Assembly: GCA_951406725.2 (NCBI GenBank)
Contig: OX597823.1
Coordinates: 114,824,001-114,888,000, forward strand
Length of the DNA: 64,000 nt
Reading direction: 5' to 3'
Origin: Octopus vulgaris
Taxonomy: Eukaryota
Part shown: piece after piece, positions 39,347 through 51,284 of the stretch
Position numbering within the stretch: the stretch's first letter is position 1
How the letters are laid out: each line of letters opens with the position of its first letter
Program-made: the position numbers and the translations under genes
The notes under the pieces: model-generated
Seen by the model: the letters and a program-made list of their open reading frames with translations, nothing else
Told to the model about the DNA's origin: nothing
Databases searched by the model: none

Positions 39347-42300
39347 TGATAGATAGATAGGGAGGGAGAGACAGAAGGAGGATCCCTCTTCTATTTCACC
39401 ATTCATTTATTTATTTTGTCATTTACCATTGTATTGGAATGGATTTATGGATGGTGACCTCTTCAAAAAAAAAAAACTAAAAAGAAAGAAAACAGAAAAA
39501 ACAGGTGTGGTGTAGTCATCACTGAAAGTCTTTTGCTTTCTTTCTCTTTTCCCCTTCTTCCTTTCTTTTTACTTTTTTTCTCTTTTCCCCTTTCTCTTTC
39601 TTTTCTCCTCTTCTTTTTTCAACTCTCTTTCTCCTCTTTGTGTTATATTTAGAATACAAAATGTAGTGTCTCCCTTTTTCTTTCAAACATTTTTGGGTGA
39701 AATGTAGTTCCGCATGAAAAGACATTAATACAATATTTTCAAATTAAAAATTGAGAAGATAAATAACTAAAATACTTTAAAATATATAGACATATACGCA
39801 AGGCTAGAACATCTTAACGCTACACATATATATACCTGAACATTTGTAGAGATGAGCCACATTTGGAATAAAAAATGCAAATTCTCAGCTTTACCTTCAG
39901 ACATTCAATTTTGGAGAAACTTTTTTGATGAAGTGTAGTTCCATTGCTTTTTGGTATTGCGGATCGTCCCGTGCACATTTGTAAATATATATGTGCGTGT
40001 ATGGATGTTAATATACATATACACATACATACATGTGTGTGTATGTCTGTATGTATCTTTAGATGAACGGATGGATGGATGCATAGGTGTGTGTGTATGT
40101 ATGTATGTAAGTATGTATGTATTGTGACAGAATCAATAATGTAGATATTTGAGACTCAGTTAATGGAAGAGTGTGACTATATCGACAGCTTCCAATTAGG
40201 TTCTTTCATTTACTATGTTGTGAAGCATGGTAGAGTATATTAAACGTTATGTGAGTCAGCCGAGGTGGACTTGTCTTCAATGTGGACAAGTTATCAGTCG
40301 TTGTCAGTATTGTTTGTTAGTTAAAGGCGGGCAACTGGTAGAATCATTATCACGCTAGACAAAACACTTAGCGGCACTTCGTCCGTCCTTACGTTCTGAG
40401 TTCAAATTCCGCCGAGGTCGACTTTGCCTTTCATCCTTTTGGAGTCGATAAAATAATACCAGTTGAACATTGAGATCGATGTAATAGACTTAGGCTCACG
40501 TCCCCAAAATTGCTGGCTTTGTATCAAAATTTTGAATCAATATCATTTGTAAGTTAATCACAGGACCACACTTTGACGGGGCTGGGATGGTTTAGTCGAT
40601 TACAACGTCCCTCATACTTAATTTTAATATGATTTAACGATTCGGGAAGTGAAAGTTCACCCCTGCAGGATTCGAACTTAAACTGAGAAGTGCCGGAAGA
40701 AACAGCGCAAGGCATATCCTGACACTGTTCGATATATCACAGATCGATATATCACAGGTCAACACTTAATCAATTCAGACACGTACAGAGCAGAGAACAG
40801 TTCAGATTTTGTCAGTTTTATTGAAGAAGGGGGTGGGTACACTGGAGAATGTTAACTCAGTATAAGACGGGTGTTTTGGTTTATCGTCCCGGGGACGTAG
40901 AGCAATGCCAGTACAGTACGCTTGGGATTTGAACTCGGGATGTTGGCAGATGGAACTAAATATCGGAAGACATTTAATCATTCTCTTACTCTGTCACGTA
41001 GTAAATAATGTATTCTAAGATGGAAATTAATTCTCTATGATGAAATTTCCATAACAACAGGTTTTAATGAGGGATGACTCTCTTATATGGGCGATTTAGT
41101 GGAGAAATTAGAATTTGAATTAGCTATGTGTAAACATCACACGCAGACACACACAAACGCACACACAGAAGCACGTACACACACGCACACGAACAGTTAC
41201 TGGAGCAGCAGTGACTATGATAACGTATCCTCATGATAATGAATTCCCTACTTAATGATTATTTAATTGTGGTGCTGCTGTATCTTCACTACTGTAACAC
41301 TAGAGGAAATATATCTCTGAGCTGCATGCATATGTGTGTACGCGTGCATATGTGTGTTTGTGTGCGTGTGTTTGTGTGTCTATGTGCTTGTGTGTGTGTA
41401 CTCTACGTGTATGCATGTATATTTACGAGCGTCTGTGTGTATTCATAAAAATTCATTTAGTAAATCAGAGATGCTAAGCCTGAACGTCTAAACTCTGAGC
41501 ACGATTAGCCATTAGTATGGCCTGAAGTGTAATTATCCAAACCATCCGCCATTGAATACAACTGACAGCTTCTATATCACCATCAGCTGTCATAAAGTGG
41601 GTTCTAACGTCTGTATTTCCATATGAATCCTGACCGACCCCTACAATATATGGTAGCAAATGATGTTGTGTGATGTTTATGAATTTCTTGAAGATATTAG
41701 CGCCTGTTACATTTGGCCAAGTTGACCGAAAGATATAATAATGTGTGAGAGACTTAGCCAGCTATAGTTCATCCCACCTGGAAGTAAATGTTTACCATTT
41801 ACATTCGAACGATGAAAATTCTACACAATGACTAGACTTGCTAGAAATAGCAACCAAATCATCAGCAAATGAAACGTCTTCAAGAAAAATTCTAACGCTC
41901 AGTTAGAAGCCTTTGATCAGTGGTCCGTTTGGTAAGAGCAGATGTGGGGCTTACAGCACAGCAACACATAACTGAAAGCAACAGGATATATATGCACATA
42001 CATTGGGCCGCAGTCAAAGGACAAACAAATAAAAGAAAGCGTGTGTGTCTATGTAGGTATGTATGTTTGTGTGTATGTATGAATACACACACACACTTAT
42101 ACATAGATATCTGGGTGTGTGTATACGTGAGTATAGATATATTTGGGATAAGGATTTAAAGTTGTCCTTATGTTATTGATCAAGTATTTAACATCTATTT
42201 CCTTTCTTAAGAGGATACATTTCCAACCTATCCTTCCAGGGGAGATGTGATGTATCCAGCATAGATCCAACAGAAGAAATTACTTCAATCAATATAATTG

Positions 42301-42427
42301 GTATTCTCTACCCTGTGTGATATGTGTCCATCCACTAACTCCACGCTGATATGAGGGGTGTTTCTCCCCCCAAAGTTTACCTAACTAGGTAAGTCCTGTC
42401 GCCCTTGGTTCACATGGAACATCTATA

Positions 42428-42722
42428 CATCATCATCATCATCATTGTTCGACCGTGGTCGAGACAATGGAGTTTATTATGTTACGCCAGACTTCACGGT
42501 CCATCATAGCATTACAAAGGTCCTGTTGCTGGATGCCTGTATCCCTGGAGATTACATCAGGGTAGGAGAGTGTGCGCCCTCTGGTATCGCGAGCAGATGG
42601 CTTCCAGAGGAGAAGAGTAGAAATTACCTCGTTTTCTGTTCTACAACAATATCCAGCAAACTGGACTCTTCTACCTTTCACAAGAGATGACACAGGTGGT
42701 AGTTTCCCATATATTTGTACAG
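42428..42722 (-). mobile_element. 3' end of an RTE-clade LINE
   Basis: IYGKLPPVS...RRVQFAGYC.R...LLLWKP...RGR...M.DREVWR, stop, then a (TGA)n tail. Confidence 0.8.
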
Positions 42723-43361
42723 CTATACAGTCAGCATAACTATTTGGTTCGGGTTTCTTCACTTAATTTCACGATGTTATTACTTCTGTATTTGAACCTA
42801 CATGTGGTGTACAAATTTCCTCACTATGCTTCAGTAGATGTTGTCTAAGTCAGGGCTTCTCAAAGTGGTGGTCCGCGGACCGGCGCCAGTCCGTGAGCCA
42901 TCAGCTGTCGGTACGCGGCGAGTTTCCAGAAAAGAAAGAAACATAAAATGCTTATGAAATGCTTATGTGATATTCCATTACTTGTTTGCAAAATAAATAT
43001 ACTCTTTTACTCTTTACCCTTTTATTTGTTTCAGTCATTTTGAGTGCGGCCATGCTGGAGCGCCGCCTTTAGTCGCGCAAATCGACCCCAAGACTTATGC
43101 TTTGTAAGCCTAGTACTTATTTTATCATATACACACACGTACATATACATATATATATACATATATACGACGGCCTTCTTTCAGTTTCCATCTACCAAAT
43201 CCACTCAGAAGGCTTTGGTCGACCCGAAGCTATAGAATAACACACTTACCCAAGATGCCACGCAGTGGGACCGAACCCGGAACCATGTGATTCGTAAGCC
43301 AGCTACTTACCACACAGCCACTCCCACACCTATGATAAAAGAAATTGTCAGTGTTTATTAT

Positions 43362-43560
43362 ATTCTTCATCGAAAACCGGTGAGTGCCGTACGCTGAAGA
43401 CAGGCAAATACCTAGAAACTGCAGTCCGTGCGTATCACTTAGGTCGACGAGAGAGGGATGACCTCCCTTTGCAAATACCATAAGGGCACAGATAGTGTGC
43501 CTAAAGCCAGCTGGAGACGATGATCTCCCGAGGCTAAAAGCTACAGTAACACCCACCCTT
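43362..43560 (+). mobile_element. Diverged family A HHR element nested in a hAT MITE
   Basis: Reverse-complement similarity to 17460-17640 (HHR, CTCCCTTTGCA, GATGATC, GGCTAAA, CAGTAACACCC). Confidence 0.65.
43389..43431 (+). ncRNA. Type I hammerhead ribozyme (family A)
   Basis: GTACG-CTGAAGA-CAGG-CAAATA-CCTA-GAAA-CTGCAG-TC^-CGTGC; 5-bp stem I with one G-U. Confidence 0.85.
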
Positions 43561-44024
43561 AGTGGTTAGCCATATTGATTTGGCTAGTATACTTTACATT
43601 ATATATATTGTTTCCAGTATAAATTAATATTACTAAGAAATATTACCGGTCCCAGACACATTAGAAAAAAAACGGCCAGTACGCCACATTAGATAGTTTG
43701 AGAAGCACCGGTCTAAGTGACACGATGCAATATCGAAAGGTCATCTCCTCTGACTTTACACTTCTCTAACCATCCTTTCTCTTCGCATAGAAGTTACCAA
43801 TAGTTGATTGTTAGCATCTTACAAGTCATGATAATCAAATTACGCTTGACAACCGATGCTGGTGTGTTTACGTCAAAAGAGACCAATAGAATAAGTACTA
43901 GGCTTACAAAGAATAAGTCCTGGCCTCCATTTGCTCGACTAAAGGCGGTGTTCCAACATGGCCACAGTCAACTGACTGAAACAAGTAAAAGAGTAAAAGA
44001 ATATATATATATCAATAATAATAA

Positions 44025-44707
44025 AGGGTAAAATTAATTAATTAACGAGTAATCAATAATTTTACCAAGTAGAATTCGGCATGAAAAAGGACCATTTTTC
44101 GGTAAACTTAAACAATATTTTATAATTACAAGTATAATTATAATTAGGGTTCAGCAAAGATTTGCTTTACCGCATATCGAAGTTTAGAAATAGCAGCCAA
44201 AGAACCTCAGCTATTTCTTCTACTGTAAGACGAGGCTCCCGGACAAACAAAATATTTCGAAATAACTCACGCCGACGGAGAGGAAAAATAACGAAATTCA
44301 CTCGGTATTTGATTACCTATGGACGCGTTTCGGAATTAGATCGGTATAAAGAATGTAAAGATCATACTTTACCCAAACATTTTCCTCATCAGCATGAGAA
44401 TTCGCGATATTAAATCCGAAAGCACTGGAAAAATTGAACATACCTCTCCAATTCACAACGGTATCAGACAGATCATATTGAACGTTTAGTACCGGCGAAT
44501 TCAAAATATACGAATGAGGTTCATCACCTTCCCCTCCCCATCCACGTGGGTTGTTTAAGTATTTTGTTTTTTTTCAAGAACATCTTCTTATAGTAGAAGA
44601 AATAGCGAAGGTTCTTTGGCTGCTATTTCTAAACATCGGTATATGGTAGAGCAAATCTTTGCTGAACCCTAATTATAATTATACTCGTAATTATAAAATA
44701 TTGTTTA
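44025..44707 (-). mobile_element. Fold-back HHR-containing element (PLE pLTR-like, family D)
   Basis: Inverted arms 44109-44230 and 44586-44707 enclose the HHR at 44317-44398; diverged homolog at 34325-34775. Confidence 0.68.
44317..44398 (-). ncRNA. Type I hammerhead ribozyme, canonical core, PLE-type palindromic stem III
   Basis: Minus strand: CTCATG-CTGATGA-GGAA...(insert with GTAAAG/CTTTAC hairpin)...TTCC-GAAA-CGCG-TC^-CATAG. Confidence 0.82.
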
Positions 44708-44717
44708 TATATATATA

Positions 44718-45116
44718 GGCGCAGGAGTGGCTGTGTGGTAAGTAGCTTGCTAACCAACCACATGGTTCCGGGTTCAGTCCTACTGCGTGACATCTTGGGC
44801 AAGTGTCTTCTGCTATAGCCCCGGGCCGACCAATGTCTTGTGAGTGGATTTGGTAGACGGAAACTGAAAGTAGCCTGTCGTATATATGTATATATATATA
44901 TATAAGTATGTTTGTTTGTGTGTCTATGTTTGTCCCCCTAGCATTGCTTGACAACCGATGCTGGTGTGTTTACGTCCCCGTCACTTAGCGGTTCGGCAAA
45001 AGAGACCGATAGAATAAGTACTGAGCTTACAAAGAATAAGTCCCGGGGTCGATTTCCTCGACTATAGGCGGTGCTCCAGCATGGCCGCAGTCAAATGACT
45101 GAAACAAGTAAAAGAG

Positions 45117-45118
<2 letters not shown>
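44718..45118 (+). mobile_element. Full-length tRNA-derived SINE (family S2, CORE-like domain); other copies at 14116-14730(+), 43003-43330(-), 5235-5390(-), 3740-3995, 43845-44000 and 60131-60262
   Basis: A box TGGCTGTGTGG, B box GGTTCAGTCC, CTTGGGCAAGT block, internal microsatellite, LINE-like tail. Confidence 0.85.
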
Positions 45119-45191
<73 letters not shown>

Positions 45192-46095
45192 TTATGTTTA
45201 TATATATATATATATATGAATGCATCAGTTTTGCATCTCTCAGATATCTCATAAATGTGTTTGTGTCTGTTTTGCTTAGTTTTCTGCCGCGTGGCAAATG
45301 CTGTATATGCAAGCAAGTGCGTCTCTCTGTGTAAGCACACACTCGCATGAGTTAGTGCGTATGAGACAGAGTATATAAACCATGTGTGTATGCGCTCTCC
45401 TCTATTCGCCTATGCGGCTTTAACAGCATATTTGTTCTGTTATCTCTTTAATTCATTGTTATTTCTTCTTTGTGCTTGGGGTGAAGGCGGGGTGGGGGCT
45501 TCCCCCCCCCTTATTTTATTTTACTTGGTTTTTGTTTCTCTGATAAAAGTCCATCCCCCCCACCCCGATTTCGATCAGAACCACGCAAACACTCACAAAC
45601 TCTATCTTTAAATACCCTTGAGGTATCGTCAAACCTTCTTGACAACATGTCAGAAATTTTTAAATCTCGCCAAAAAGCCGCGAGGACGACAAATTGAAAT
45701 TAAAAAGAAAAACGAAGACTAGCAATCGAAGAAAAAAAATGGCAAAAACATATGAAGCATCCACACGGTTGCAATTGCAGAGATACTTACATGATTCACG
45801 CATGCGTGCGCGCGCTCACACTTGAACACACACACACACATACACATACACGCAGGTAGATATGTACATATTCATACCTGTACTTATAAACACATGCATA
45901 GACTTATATACATATATAAACACGCACACACATACACACACACACACATATATGTACATATGCATGTGTATATATGAATATATGCATATATATACATATG
46001 TACACACACATATTAATCTCGTGTGCGTGTGTATACTCACGTATTTACAGAGAAATATATGTCTGCTTGTATACATAATACAGATTGGGCAACAA

Positions 46096-46130
<35 letters not shown>

Positions 46131-47669
46131 TAAATGTAAATACATGTACGTATATTATGCATTTGTGTGTGTGTGTGTGATAAGTACATACATATATAGA
46201 CGGACACAGACAGAAAATAACACGCTCATACATAACGTAGATATGTGTATATATATGTATATACATATGTGTTTGTGTGCACATTGATAGATACATATAT
46301 AGATGGATTAAGACACTCACAGTAACACATACATACATACATGCATATATATATATATATATGTGTGTGTGTATGTGTGTGTGTATACATCCACACTTCC
46401 ATTTACAATTCCATGTGAGAAAGAATGGTGGATTGTTAGTCAAACCACTACATATTTAGTTACCTTTGCGTTGTGATTTCGAATCCCGCCGAGCTTAATT
46501 TTACGTCATCTGCGGCCGATTAATAAAGCAACAGTTACAAACTGCTGCTACCATCAGAGTATAATGGACTAGCCTTCGCCGAATAAGTGTGTATAACCCA
46601 TATGACAATCAATAATTCTTTCTTTCTAATTGTGGCACAAAACCAGCAAATTTCAGGGGAGAAGGCAAGCCGATTAAATCAACCTTATTGCTCAGCTGGT
46701 ATTTATTTTGTCGACCACAAAAGGATGAAAGGCAAAGTTGAACTCGGTGGCATTTAAACCCAGAACGTAAAGAGCCGGAAGAAATGCCTCAAGCACTTTG
46801 TCCGACGCTCCTAACGATTTTGCCAGCAAACCGCCTTAATTTTTTATAATCAATAATAATGAGTTGTGCGTACACATGCATTTGGATGTTTGATTTTAAT
46901 GGGTGGAAGAGCGCAAAATTAATGCGTGGCATCATGCATGTGTGGCTATTTACTCGTGAAAGCGTATTTCTGTATCTGTTTGTGCATGTCTACGTTCGTG
47001 GTTGTCTTATATGAATATGAAAGAGCAAAAGCCAACTTTGATAATAGTTGTATCACTGTGTCTCTGTACGTGCGTGTATACGTCACTTTAAATAAGATCT
47101 TTTAATTGTAGCTTAAGTGTTTCGATATCGAGGTCCAAAATGACTGCAGTATATTCAGAGACGTCAACCTACAACTAAAACTAACACTCTTCAGCCACCG
47201 CAGCTTCCAATCTACTTATTTAATTATCGTAAATGCTCGTGCATAATACGCGGATTTAATACAAAACAGTAGAGCCAAACTGGTAAAGCAGTCCTATTAT
47301 TCCTTGGTGTGAAAATTAAATAAAAGAAGTAGATATACTTGATTAATATTTAGCTCCAAAAAGTGAGGGTCGCATTATATTTGAGAATGCATTGTAGTTG
47401 AGCAAATATGGAAATTTCAATTAATTAAAATTTGGTGACTGCCATTTCCTTATCTATTTGACCAGAATTAGTCATTTAGAAACTGATTAATCTCATTATT
47501 AAGAGTGTGCATTTAATTAATTAAAATGCATTGCCTTATTGCATCGAATATGATAGCTTTAGCTTTAATATTGTGAATAAGCGCTTGATTGTATGGGAAA
47601 TGAGTTGCTTTATATGATATTTAAACACACACGCACGCACAGACACGCATATATATATGTGTGTGTGTG

Positions 47670-47805
<136 letters not shown>

Positions 47806-49190
47806 TATGGTGTTCTCCAAAATTGTGCACATACTTTAAAAGCTGATAACTCACGTAATTTTCATTAAATTTTTAATTTAACCCATTAGGTATAATGAAG
47901 GGAGCCAGACTAAGCTTTGAAAAAAGGAAATTTTTCCTAAAGTGCTTCTAGAAGTTAGAAAATGCAGTCGAAGCGCAAAGATAGTTTAGGCAGTAGTTTC
48001 AAACGCATCCACCTACGCGATTTATCATGAATCGAATTAGAGAGAAGTTTGCAGCTGATGGGTTTGTTGAAAACGTCCACAAGAAGCGTTGCAGAAGACG
48101 GCAGACAAAGCAGAAATGGGGATTAGAAATGTGTAGCTTGATTTCAGGAAAATCTGTGCAGCAAGCAAGTCCTGACATGGTAATTACAAAGTCAAGTGTC
48201 CATCGTATTTTGAAGTGCTGTCATTGAAAATGTTAGGTTCCAAGGATAGGCCATGCTCTCACTGGAGGTAATCCGGACCGAAGAGTAGACATTTGCGAGT
48301 GGTATTTGGCAAGAAAGGCGGCGAGGAGCTAGCAGAAACGTTAGCACGCCGGGCGAAATGCTTTGATATATTTCGTCCGCCGCTACGTTCTGAGTTCAAA
48401 TTCCGCCGAGGTCGACTTTGCCTTTCACCCTTTCGGGGTCGATAAATTAAGTACCAGTTACGTACTGGGGTCGATGTAATCGACTTAATCCGTTTGTCTA
48501 TCCTTGTTTGTCCCCTCTGTGTCTATCCCCTTGTGGGTAGTAAAGAAATAGGCATTTGGCAAGAATTAAAATGATGCACTCCTTCCACTAACATATTTTT
48601 TTTCCAGTGATCAGGCTACATATAAAATAAGTAGATCAATTAACCGCCGCAACTGCACTTATTGGCGGCCTGCGAATCCGCATTCTACGGTGAAACATCA
48701 TGTTAATTTTTCAAGAGTTACAGTATGGTGCACCTTATCGTCAAAAAGGATTGACTGAACCATCCTCTTTTGAGAGTACTGTGACTGAATCTATTCATTC
48801 GCTGTGACAATCTGTCTTGCCTAGCATTCAAGGGAACTTTGAGATGTGGAGTTTATTTCCAGCAAATAGGGCACCTCTACAGCACCATAGTAGTCTAAGG
48901 GTCTACCTGATGAAACTCTGCCAAACTGGTGAATTGGTTAAAGAGTTTCAATAGAATACTCACCGCAGTCACAAAACTTCGTACCACTACACTTTTTCCC
49001 TTCTCTTTCTGAGGAAATAAAAAACATAAAATTTACTATAAAAAAAAGAACCGGCAACAGACAACGAACTGAAAGCTGCCATTGGACGACAATACGTACA
49101 AATACCCGAGAGAAATGTTTGCACACATTAGGAATTTCAATGCTTCGCTTTGTCAGTGGTGCCTTGACTAGAATGGGCATTAGTTTGAGG
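47806..49190 (+). pseudogene. Decayed Tc1/mariner-superfamily transposase (DUF4817-like HTH plus DD-D/E domain), interrupted by a SINE
   Basis: VEAQR.FR..F..HPPTR..NRIREKF; SSVHRILK; [10 protein letters not shown]; FSDQA; INRRNCTYW..NPH; VTVWC; YLDETLP..IG; YSPQS. Confidence 0.75.
48316..48553 (+). mobile_element. Full-length tRNA-derived SINE (family S1) with TSD; other copies at about 3410-3740, 4655-4852, 11870-12265, 15035-15235, 25070-25300, 40325-40540, 46630-46840, 53085-53310 and 60290-60680
   Basis: GGCGGCGAG...GAGTTCAAATTCC B box; ATTTGGCAAGAA duplicated at 48304-48315 and 48554-48565. Confidence 0.85.
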
Positions 49191-49449
49191 TATATATATA
49201 TATACTGACTCCGGTATATATATATATATATATATATGTCTTAGTAATACCAGCGATAATAATTATTTTTATTTTATCGCAATTTGATTTGTTTACATAT
49301 TTCTCGATAAATTACGAGCGCCAGGCGATATACCAGAATTCCTAGTTTTGTCGGGACGTTCGGAGTCTGCGCAGTGATATGATTAGTTAGGGAGAGTAAA
49401 TCATTAGAAGCACATGCTTCTAGTGAGTTAGGATCCCAGAAAGACAGGG

Positions 49450-49521
49450 TCTCACTGAAGAATTCTCCCTGAGCAAATAAATTATCTTTATTGCTGAAAA
49501 GAAAGAAACTGCAGTCTGAGA
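49450..49521 (+). ncRNA. Type I hammerhead ribozyme, canonical core (tandem unit 1)
   Basis: TCTCA-CTGAAGA-[stem II TTCT/AGAA plus AGCAAATAAA/TTTATTGCT hairpin]-GAAA-CTGCAG-TC^-TGAGA. Stem I is TCTCA/TGAGA; stem III is the palindrome ACTGCAGT; GUC site ends at 49516. Confidence 0.85.
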
Positions 49522-49846
49522 ATTACCGGTTTAGTAAATGTTTTTTATCTTCATTTCACTTAATTTATCAAGCTTCTGTATTCCTAGCACATATTTCGCC
49601 TTAATGTACTGATATATGAAAAATATATGGCTTGTGTTAGTAATACCAGCGATAATAATTATTTTTATTTTATCGCAATTTGATTTGTTTACATATTTCT
49701 CGATAAATTACGAGCGCCAGGCGATATACCAGAATTCCCTAGTTTTGTCGGGACGTTCGGAGTCTGCGCAGTGATATGATTAGTTAGGGAGAGTAAATCA
49801 TTAGAAGCACATGCTTCTAGTGAGTTAGGATCCCAGAAAGACAGGG

Positions 49847-49918
49847 TCTTACTGAAGAATTCTCCCTGAGCAAATAAATTATCTTTATTGCTGAAAAGAA
49901 AGAAACTGCAGTCTGAGA
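49847..49918 (+). ncRNA. Type I hammerhead ribozyme, canonical core (tandem unit 2)
   Basis: Same as unit 1 except stem I TCTTA/TGAGA (C-G becomes a U-G wobble, so pairing is kept). GUC site ends at 49913. Confidence 0.85.
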
Positions 49919-50082
49919 ATTACCGGTTTAGTAAATGTTTTTATCTTCATTTCACTTAATTTATCAAGCTTCTGTATTCCTAGCACATATTTCGCCTTAA
50001 TGTACTGATATATGAAAAATATATGGCTTGTGTTAGTAATACCAGCGATAATAATTATTTTTATTTTATCGTAATTTGATTT

Positions 50083-50113
<31 letters not shown>

Positions 50114-50418
50114 CCGGAGTAAGCACATAATGAGATGTTATCTGTAGATTTAAATAAATAAATAGTCTTTTCATCTCTGTTTAGAAACGAAATATACTAA
50201 TTTATTGCTGAAATTATTAGATATTTTCAAAACTCATCGTGTTTCTAAACCAGCCAAGTCTTGATTCATACCAAGTGGCAAACCCTCTGTGGCTTCGTCT
50301 TTGAAAAGCAAGAAGTTTGTTTATTCTAGGTCCATAAAGCTTTTCGCACATCAGAAAATGCACCATTTCTTCTTCCAATAGACAGCGACCAGTGGCTATG
50401 AATAATGACTTGGCATAC

Positions 50419-50461
50419 GTAGTTGATGAAGCGTAACAATGCTGAAACGCATGCGTCCTAC
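50419..50461 (+). ncRNA. Type I hammerhead ribozyme, C3U variant (solitary)
   Basis: GTAG-TTGATGA-AGCGT-AACA-ATGCT-GAAA-CGCATGCG-TC^-CTAC; stem III is the 10-nt palindrome ACGCATGCGT. Confidence 0.78.
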
Positions 50462-50843
50462 TGTCCGGCAATGTCCTTCATGGCCTACTGGTGTATTTAC
50501 ATTGATACTGTCTTTAGAAGTTCCTCTTTCGAAACAATTTGTGCAACGTTCTGTCTTTCCACTTCTGAATATACACGAACATATAAATGTACACAACTAT
50601 CTTTCAATAATCTGGTCGATAGCAGGATATATATATTTATATATGTGTTTATATATATATATATCGCCGTCACCGTAATCGACCAGGCTATCAGATGTTG
50701 CTACACATCGCTGGTCACAATGCACTTTGCATTGTTTTAGCCTCTAAATGACGCCACCCCTCTGGCTAAGGAAGCAAGCCAACAGAAGAAAGAGTGAGGG
50801 AAAGTTGTGGAAATGTTTTGAGTATGGTAAAATCTTTCTATGT

Positions 50844-50903
<60 letters not shown>

Positions 50904-51284
50904 CAGATAGATAGATGAAGGAACACAGAATGCGTAACCAGTGTTTTATCCATTATATAATGTACGCGTGTTTAAGTAAGCTGAACGCTGTTATTACGTA
51001 AAGCGGTATGCCTTATTACGCAACACAATACAGTTGGCACGCTTCGTTAGGTAATAGTGAAGTGAGGCGACTGTATTGTTTTTGTGATAGGCCTACGTGC
51101 ACATCATATACAACAGGAACTTGTGCATTATATATAGCATAAGATGTTTGTTATATTTTCTTTGCTCCTTTCTCTAATGGTAGCTCATATTCCGCACAAT
51201 AGCAGCATTACTTTGGTTATTGTCCAACCACGTCGAACAGAGAAAGTTTCTACCATACTCAAAACATTTTGTAATCAGTTACAC

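Larger units (their letters stand above)
42851..43710. mobile_element. hAT (Charlie-like) MITE with 8-bp TSD, containing a SINE and a family A element
   Basis: TIRs CAGGGCTTCTCAAA and TTTGAGAAGCACCG; TSD GTCTAAGT at 42843-42850 and 43711-43718. Confidence 0.85.
49241..50087 (+). mobile_element. 396-bp head-to-tail tandem repeat (2 full units plus 55 bp), each full unit with a type I hammerhead; retrozyme-like or PLE pLTR-derived
   Basis: Units start TTAGTAATACCAGCGATAAT at 49241, 49637 and 50033. Copies differ by only a few nt. No ORF. Flanked by (TA)n on both sides. Confidence 0.85.

Noticed and set aside
45380-45800. Possible host promoter or exon in non-repetitive sequence (also 7000-7900 and 32590-32970)
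   Set aside because: No splice-bounded ORF with recognisable homology; small host exons cannot be excluded by eye.
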